Source: Andalucia godoyi And28
Taxonomy: Eukaryota; Protista; Jakobida
Reading direction: 5' to 3'
DNA length: 64,000 nt
NCBI GenBank assembly: GCA_009859145.1
Contig: VRVR01000012.1
Span: 124,001 to 188,000 of the forward strand
Shown: positions 58,701 to 64,000 of the stretch, piece after piece
How the letters are laid out: every line of letters starts with the position of its first letter
Numbering within the stretch: the first letter of the stretch is position 1
The notes under the pieces: model-generated
Told to the model about the DNA's origin: nothing
Database searches by the model: none
The model's input: only the letters and a program-made list of their open reading frames with translations
Translations under genes and position numbers: made by a program

Positions 58701-59566
58701 GCGTGATGGGTGGCAGGGCATACCGAAATCGCTTTTTTGAGATACTGAAGAGCCTGACCAGGGTCTTGGATTGCATACTTTGTAAGTTCGGGAATGTCAA
58801 TTTCTTCTCCGGAATCCGATGTTGTCGCAGAGAACGACGGGTGAACACCGCCGTAATGAGGCCCAGAAGCGGGAAGCGACGAATGAAGGCCGCCTGTGCT
58901 TCCAGGTCTTCCCGTAACCGATGAATTTGTGTGATCTCTAATTCTGAGATTGCGGACGGATCGCTTTGGATCGAGTGCATCCGAGAGCACGTTGTCGCCA
59001 TGCAGATAGACACAGGACATGGAGAGTGAAAACTGCATCTTGCGAGATCTTCTCTGATGCTCGAACAGCAGAATATCGGAAACAAGACGAGGAAAGATGC
59101 CCCACTGGCTCAGTTCGCGAGGCGAAAATGTGCCCCAGCAAGTATGAGACTTGCCCGAGTTCGCCGGTCCTGCAACGATCACCGTTCCGTGGATCTTCTC
59201 TTTAGGATCCAAGCAGTTGTCCAGCACGACATCCAGCAGTGGTCGGACTGCCTTTGAATACAACGAAGACTGTCGTGTTGTGTCGCCAAACACTCGAGAA
59301 AATCGAAACGTCGCATACGAGGAGTCGTCAAAAGGATCGCACGAGACATGCAGCGTCCGGTGATCTTCTCCCACCGCAACCACCGTTTGCAGACTCGAGC
59401 CCGTGAAGGAAGCATACGGATTCAATGACCCTGCTGCACCCGGTGCCGACGTTGACGACGATGACGAAGGCACAGGCTCGCGACGAACGAGCTGCAAAGG
59501 TGGTCGCACACGAATCACAAATTGATACGGCGAAGACTCGACTTCTTCTTTAAGCAGAGGAATCAT
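55727..59566 (-). CDS. Divergent kinesin-like protein: N-terminal motor-like domain lacking switch I/II, plus C-terminal coiled coil
   Basis: VIRVRPP, FRFSRVFG, GPANSGKS P-loop, GIFPR and VPPYRDSKLVHFLKDAM are present. NxxSSRSH and DLAGSE are absent. Confidence 0.8.
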   Translation of the reverse strand: MIPLLKEEVESSPYQFVIRVRPPLQLVRREPVPSSSSSTSAPGAAGSLNPYASFTGSSLQTVVAVGEDHRTLHVSCDPFDDSSYATFRFSRVFGDTTRQSSLYSKAVRPLLDVVLDNCLDPKEKIHGTVIVAGPANSGKSHTCWGTFSPRELSQWGIFPRLVSDILLFEHQRRSRKMQFSLSMSCVYLHGDNVLSDALDPKRSVRNLRIRDHTNSSVTGRPGSTGGLHSSLPASGPHYGGVHPSFSATTSDSGEEIDIPELTKYAIQDPGQALQYLKKAISVCPATHHAIIVSLYIEMVEMSSTVRSAGGHGLTKRRVRKMHIVKLNTVREAAKPLNALALVSQALFHKTYSAAAASQLHPLDPTPFLSGVRAPSAASAPLPFAPTVTVPPYRDSKLVHFLKDAMQPDSPFLFLTTVGPEDEFRAATVACVRYAHRLFASQLSALVQFLHSRMLPQARDGDDSSSSSASWTLWSIPPTRKAQKEEDNPVKSQKWSVVNVAAPSPPRRQPAKRNDNRTPSSVHGNRDAHASADSGDEDGGKPAIAVAAASPSPSVYRRKRQAVAASSGSRRLISALQDSSDDELPGRLDSAADEYVGSEAPSPAAESKYEQVLRTANLQKKAASRTQQQQPVGTPRLSASSPQQTRDQAPHRQPLAQVSTLGTVSPAPVFTAAGQDASSERRVEPSPGLPPRWNPSTSGLPSQQATSSLQTPTSVHSHPAFEAFHDLEVQSNNHQSLDADDSGVLDENQNPQLLNTSLTDSGRFASSAHGSPSLYDSKDNATIEEISGAQQFRRSRLESTNWTGCANAGAITTEPRDAGGAIPPQAESSSSSSVRRHDSQTVSEDRLRFLYLDLQSSYQRLSEEHGAMESELMRLRAGYANTKERAEQLDEVCAELETNLVHEQSRRESEEKKFKAELSENRERSTELEKRLEELTDRCGEYSRHAAELAEALSTLRGERDRWREETSTLASKQQHAVSDCLIDAQRLVETLKQRIQQVSTTIQAVRLEAGFPDEMRDGLSLSLLDYDAEDDAEARDFMRRFAALLKSRPPFSRILDAFLLHQQRAFARLWTRLSSEIRHMLAQSSRRLADSQAENGRLRERVSDLEHRVKVFEEERKAVLMASADVKIKASHNESQLQRHEETIAALRKALSDARIEAESVKAQAEEVPGLKQALEDRSATLTDAVDRMRGLEFEVRETAAENERLQMRLHEVETRASDSEARQVALRKEMDVLQLTAGKFERQLRDSQAEISSLYAEREKTQRDIAELVAAIHEGTGQ

Positions 59567-60194
59567 ACTCTTGGATAGCTGTTTTTCTTTGTTTCTTTTT
59601 TTTCCTCTTTCAAAAAAAAAGGTACGTTGCTTTGTTGGAAATCACCACCACAACAAAATAAAAATAATAATAATTGAAGAAAGGCTGAAATGCAGAGACA
59701 CACAGAAAGAATAGTGGGTAAGCAGAAAACGTCAAACGAACCGCTAAATCGTTGCGTATTCTTATTCTTATTCTTCTTCTTATTCTTCTTCTTATTCTTC
59801 TTATTCTTATTATTCCTATTATTCTTATACTTATTATTTCTGGTTGTTGCTGTTACTGTTGCTGTTGTTTTTTGCATACCCTTTTGCACGCGTCGTTTCT
59901 GCACTAATGGGGGAGAAACGTGGGGAAAAAATAACGATCTTCCATGACGCGGGTAAAGTGATGCTTCAAACACGCCTAGCATCACCTCTCTGTCTCCCCC
60001 TCCGCCCGTGCGAGGCACTCGAGCTTGCTTTTAATTAATATTTTAAAGTGACGATCTCCACCTTTTGAGGATCTTTCGTCATTTGTTTGTCGTTTTTGGG
60101 CTTTTTCCTGCTTTGTATATCCGAAAATCCGTTGAGGGAGAGGGGGAAAGAAAGCGCAGTCGAACCGTAAGTTCCCAAACAATAGGAAGAAAAC

Positions 60195-61024
60195 ATGAGC
60201 TCACAAAAAACTGTATGAATCTTTACCTTTCTTTCTTCATCTTCTTTCCTTCTTTTGTGCTGCCATCGCATTAATCAGTGTTTTTTAAATATTTATTTTA
60301 ACAATGTCATTTTATTTATTTATTTTTAATTAGCTTGTTCTTGTTCTTGGGGATTTGCATATTCCGCACCGAGTTCATGACCTTCCTGCCAAGTTTAAGA
60401 GCTTGCTCGTATGTAACGTGTTTCTCTTATTTCCCTGTTTCTTTCTGTGTGCCTGTCTGTGTGATTAAGAGCAGCTCATCTCATGATTTGAATCCGTGCG
60501 TGTTTCTGAGTTTTTATCAATATGGTGGTTAGGTTCCTGGAAAGATTCAGCGAATTGTTTGCACGGGGAATGTGTGCACCAAGGAAGTGTACGACTATCT
60601 GAGGACGATTTGCTCGGACATCTCTCTTTCTCGAGGCGACTATGATGAGAAAATCAAGGATGGTATTCCGGATTTTGATGTGATCAAGCTTGGTGACTTC
60701 CGGGTGGGGCTTATGCATGGCCACCAAGTTGTCCCGTGGGGTGATGAGAACTCTCTAACTGCCTGGCAGAGAAAACTTGACGTGGATGTGCTCATTTCTG
60801 GAGCGACGCATGAATGCTCCGTGTTTGAACGCGACGGCGCATTCTTTGTGAATCCTGGTTCAGCAACAGGTGCGTACAGCCCAATTGCTGCAGACGTCGA
60901 AGTCAGGCCCACGTTTGTGCTTATGGACGTTCAAGGTTCAAGCATTGTCGCATACTTGTACCGCATCGAAGCCGACGGTGAAGTCAAGATCAAGAAGAGA
61001 GAATTCAAGAAGCAGGTCGTCTAA
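60195..61024 (+). CDS. VPS29: Retromer subunit VPS29; 3 exons (60195-60212, 60334-60408, 60533-61024)
   Basis: The spliced product reads [44 protein letters not shown]...[10 protein letters not shown]...[11 protein letters not shown]. Both introns are phase 0, GTATG..AG. Confidence 0.92.
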
Positions 61025-61890
61025 TTAAGTTAATGAATGAATAATTTAAAAAACCGACACAAAAGAAGAAAAGGTTGATTCTCTCATGACTGGGGTGTTC
61101 GTTGCTGTTCTCACTTCGCACATCCTTTGACCTTGGGGCTCTTCTGGTCTTTGAAAAGCAGAAAGAAAAGAAACTTCGGGGGGCAAAAAAAAACAACAAC
61201 AACCACGAATACTGCAGGAATCGCTCGATGGACGTGCATCCTGCACTCTCGCATCCCACAAAAATCCAAGAACAAGACAAGAGAAACACACATGTCTGCT
61301 TTTGAGCTGTAGTGGCCGAGGCTTCTTTCCATGCATGTATCCAGACTTGATAAGCTGGGAGCGTATTCATACGAAGTTCGAAGGTCTATCCGCTCGCCAA
61401 AACATGAATCATTATTGGTCATCGGCTAAGCGACAGATCCAAGCCGCATGTTTTTTCTGTTTTTATTAATTGGGGCGAGCACCAACTCTTCAACGCAGAT
61501 TGCTGCTCTGCATCAAACGGAGCCATGAGATGTTTTGTCTTTGATGAAAGGTGCTGCTTGAGAGTTCGATTCTATAAAACACAAACCAACAGAGAATAGT
61601 AGAATGAAAGATATTCTGGACTTGACTACGGCAGGAACATCGCGTCCCCCATAGGGTTAGATAAACAAAAACATTCGGTATGATGTTGTTTTGATTGTTT
61701 GAGTGTTGCAATGTTCATATACACGCTCAAAGCTGTCTTCCGTCTTTCTTTCTTCTTTCTTCTCTTCTTCTTCTTTCACTTTGGTTTTCCCGTCTTCTTG
61801 TGAGTGTTTTTCTTTCTTTCTTCTTTCTTTTTTTTCTTTTTCTTTTGGCTTGGCATCGATCTGAACAACAAGTGTGGTACAACGTTGGTT

Positions 61891-64000
61891 ATGGCAGGAC
61901 TGGTCAAGCCGAACAGTTCAGAATCAGCAGTTGCTGCATTTTCTTGGACGCTGTTTGGCAAGTACACGATTGCTCCTTCTCACGCACTTCTTTTGCGAAT
62001 TGGAGTTCTTGCGCTGATCTGTATCAGTGCGTTTGCAATCCGTCTGTTTGCGGTTCTCCGCTATGAATCGATCATCCACGAATTCGATCCGTACTTTAAC
62101 TTTCGGTCCACAAAGTACCTCGTTGAAAACGGGTTCTACTCGTTCCGAAACTGGTTCGACGATTTTACGTGGTATCCTCTCGGACGCATGATTGGCTCCA
62201 CGGTATTTCCTGGTCTTATGGCCACGTCGGCGCTTTTGTACTGGGCGCTCCATGCGATTAACATTACTGTGGATATTCGAAATGTTTGCGTGTTTCTGGC
62301 TCCGTTGTTCGCGGCGTTCACGTGCCTTGTTGCATATTCACTTACAAAGACTGTGTCAAATGCTCGGGCTGGTCTGTTGGCGGCAGCGATCATGTCTGTG
62401 GTTCCGGGATACATTTCCCGCTCCGTAGCTGGTTCATACGATAATGAATGCGTGGCAATCTTTGCACTCATCAATTCTTTCTATTGGTTTGTGCGTTCTG
62501 TGCAAACCGGATCGTTGCTGCACTCGTCTTTTTCTGCTCTTGCGTACTTTTACATGGTCAACTGCTGGGGTGGGTACATTTTCATTGCAAACTTGGTTCC
62601 ACTATACGTTATTGCAATGCTCTTCATGGGACGCTACTCACGACGGCTGTACATCGCATATTCAATCTTCTTTGTCTTGGGAACGATTCTTGCAATGCAG
62701 GTGCGTTTCGTTGGATTTGCTGCAATCTTGTCTTCTGAGCATATGCTCCTCTTTGTGGCCTTTGCTGCTGTTCAGCTGTATGCATTCTCGATGTGGCTTC
62801 GCTCGCTTCTGTCAGAAACGCAGTTCAAGATCCTGATCAAGACTCTCGCCGTGTCCGTGGCGTCAGTCGCTGGCTTTTTCTTGGTCCTCGGAACCGCATT
62901 TGGAATCATCTCGCCGTTCTCTGGTCGTCTTTACTCGCTTCTGGATCCGACGTATGCAAAGGACCACATCCCCATCATCGCGTCCGTTTCTGAGCACCAG
63001 CCGACATCATGGGGTTCGTTCTTCTTCGATTTGTACTTTTTGACTGTGTTCATGCCCGTTGGCTTTTACTTCATCATTATCAAGAAAACAAACCGACCCA
63101 AAATCAACGCGACCGAAGACCAATCTGCGGATGGCGAAGAGGCGGTCCGCGACGGAGCTCTCTTTCTTGCAGTGTACTGCTTGTCTTCAGTTTACTTTGC
63201 AGGAGTGATGGTTCGTTTGATGCTGGTGCTCGCGCCTGCTGCAGTCATGGTGTCGTCCATCGGGATCTCGGGTTTGCTGGATTCGTACATGCTTCCGATC
63301 AAACAAGCACTTGTTGCGTCGGGGTCTGCGTCTGCCACTCCGTCAAGCTCCTCCAAGAAATCATCCACCTCGTCGTCGTCGTCCTCCTCCAAGGAGCTTC
63401 GCAAGGGCGGACTTCCATGGACAATTGCAACGGTTTTGGTGTTGACTCTTACGTTCTTTCTCTTCAACTTCCAGTGGCACGGTCTGTGGGTTACCTCCGA
63501 GGCTTATTCTTCTCCCTCCATTGTTCTGTCGGCGCGCGGCCACAATGGCCAACGCATCATTTTTGATGATTTCCGAGAGGCATACTATTGGCTTCGCATG
63601 AACACTGCAGAGGATGCAAAGGTGATGTCCTGGTGGGACTACGGATACCAGATCACGGCAATGGCAAACCGCACCGTTCTTGTTGACAACAACACGTGGA
63701 ACAACACACACATCGCCACTGTTGGTCGTGCCATGAATGCAGACGAAGACACTTCGATTCAGATTATGCGCGCATTGGATGTTGACTATGTCTTGGTCGT
63801 CTTTGGTGGGCTATCTGGGTATGCGTCGGATGACATTAACAAGTTCTTGTGGATGGTTCGCATTTCGGGATCTGTGGACAAGAACGTGGTCGAAACGGAC
63901 TGGTACTCCAAGCATGGCTTCTACACGTCCGGACCCACGGCGTCCGACACGATGACCAACTCCGTCATGTACAAGTGTTCGTACTACCGATTTGGGGAAG
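61891..64000 (+). CDS. STT3: Oligosaccharyltransferase catalytic subunit STT3 (3' partial; absent from the ORF track)
   Basis: RLFAVLRYESIIHEFDPYFN, WYPLGR, SVAGSYDNE, SVSEHQP and WWDYGYQITAMANRTVLVDNNTWNNTHIA are all in one frame that runs off the window. Confidence 0.95.
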   Translation, partial: MAGLVKPNSSESAVAAFSWTLFGKYTIAPSHALLLRIGVLALICISAFAIRLFAVLRYESIIHEFDPYFNFRSTKYLVENGFYSFRNWFDDFTWYPLGRMIGSTVFPGLMATSALLYWALHAINITVDIRNVCVFLAPLFAAFTCLVAYSLTKTVSNARAGLLAAAIMSVVPGYISRSVAGSYDNECVAIFALINSFYWFVRSVQTGSLLHSSFSALAYFYMVNCWGGYIFIANLVPLYVIAMLFMGRYSRRLYIAYSIFFVLGTILAMQVRFVGFAAILSSEHMLLFVAFAAVQLYAFSMWLRSLLSETQFKILIKTLAVSVASVAGFFLVLGTAFGIISPFSGRLYSLLDPTYAKDHIPIIASVSEHQPTSWGSFFFDLYFLTVFMPVGFYFIIIKKTNRPKINATEDQSADGEEAVRDGALFLAVYCLSSVYFAGVMVRLMLVLAPAAVMVSSIGISGLLDSYMLPIKQALVASGSASATPSSSSKKSSTSSSSSSSKELRKGGLPWTIATVLVLTLTFFLFNFQWHGLWVTSEAYSSPSIVLSARGHNGQRIIFDDFREAYYWLRMNTAEDAKVMSWWDYGYQITAMANRTVLVDNNTWNNTHIATVGRAMNADEDTSIQIMRALDVDYVLVVFGGLSGYASDDINKFLWMVRISGSVDKNVVETDWYSKHGFYTSGPTASDTMTNSVMYKCSYYRFGE

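Overview
Gene-dense nuclear DNA from a eukaryote, most likely a free-living flagellated protist (a RIB43A axonemal gene is present; the lineage cannot be fixed from sequence alone). It uses the standard genetic code, has ~50% GC coding regions, AT- and microsatellite-rich spacers, and very few introns (7 reconstructed, all with GTATG donors). About 30 protein genes are supported, mostly housekeeping: CNOT3, MCM10, TMEM209, RPC7, TOM1-like, PSMA5, RIB43A, TVP23, RRP43, NEMF, THP3/LENG8, SLD5, VPS29, STT3, OST4 and endosulfine. The most notable non-genic signal is at ~32.1-32.65 kb (minus strand): an internally deleted, frameshifted Fanzor2/TnpB-type remnant in which the N-terminal wedge/HTH segment abuts the RuvC-III motif, followed by a compact hairpin array that looks like an omegaRNA scaffold. 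A second decayed DNA transposon (integrase C-terminal/CXC type, imperfect terminal inverted repeats) lies at 42.4-44.2 kb. Other highlights are an ML-domain/cathepsin B fusion, a switch-less pseudo-kinesin, a degenerate flavin monooxygenase, a membrane-anchored bacterial-type sorbosone dehydrogenase, palindromic E2F-like sites upstream of both DNA-replication genes, and a structured GC-rich intergenic island. No rRNA, tRNA or CRISPR array was seen. All family assignments are from recalled motifs; no searches were run.
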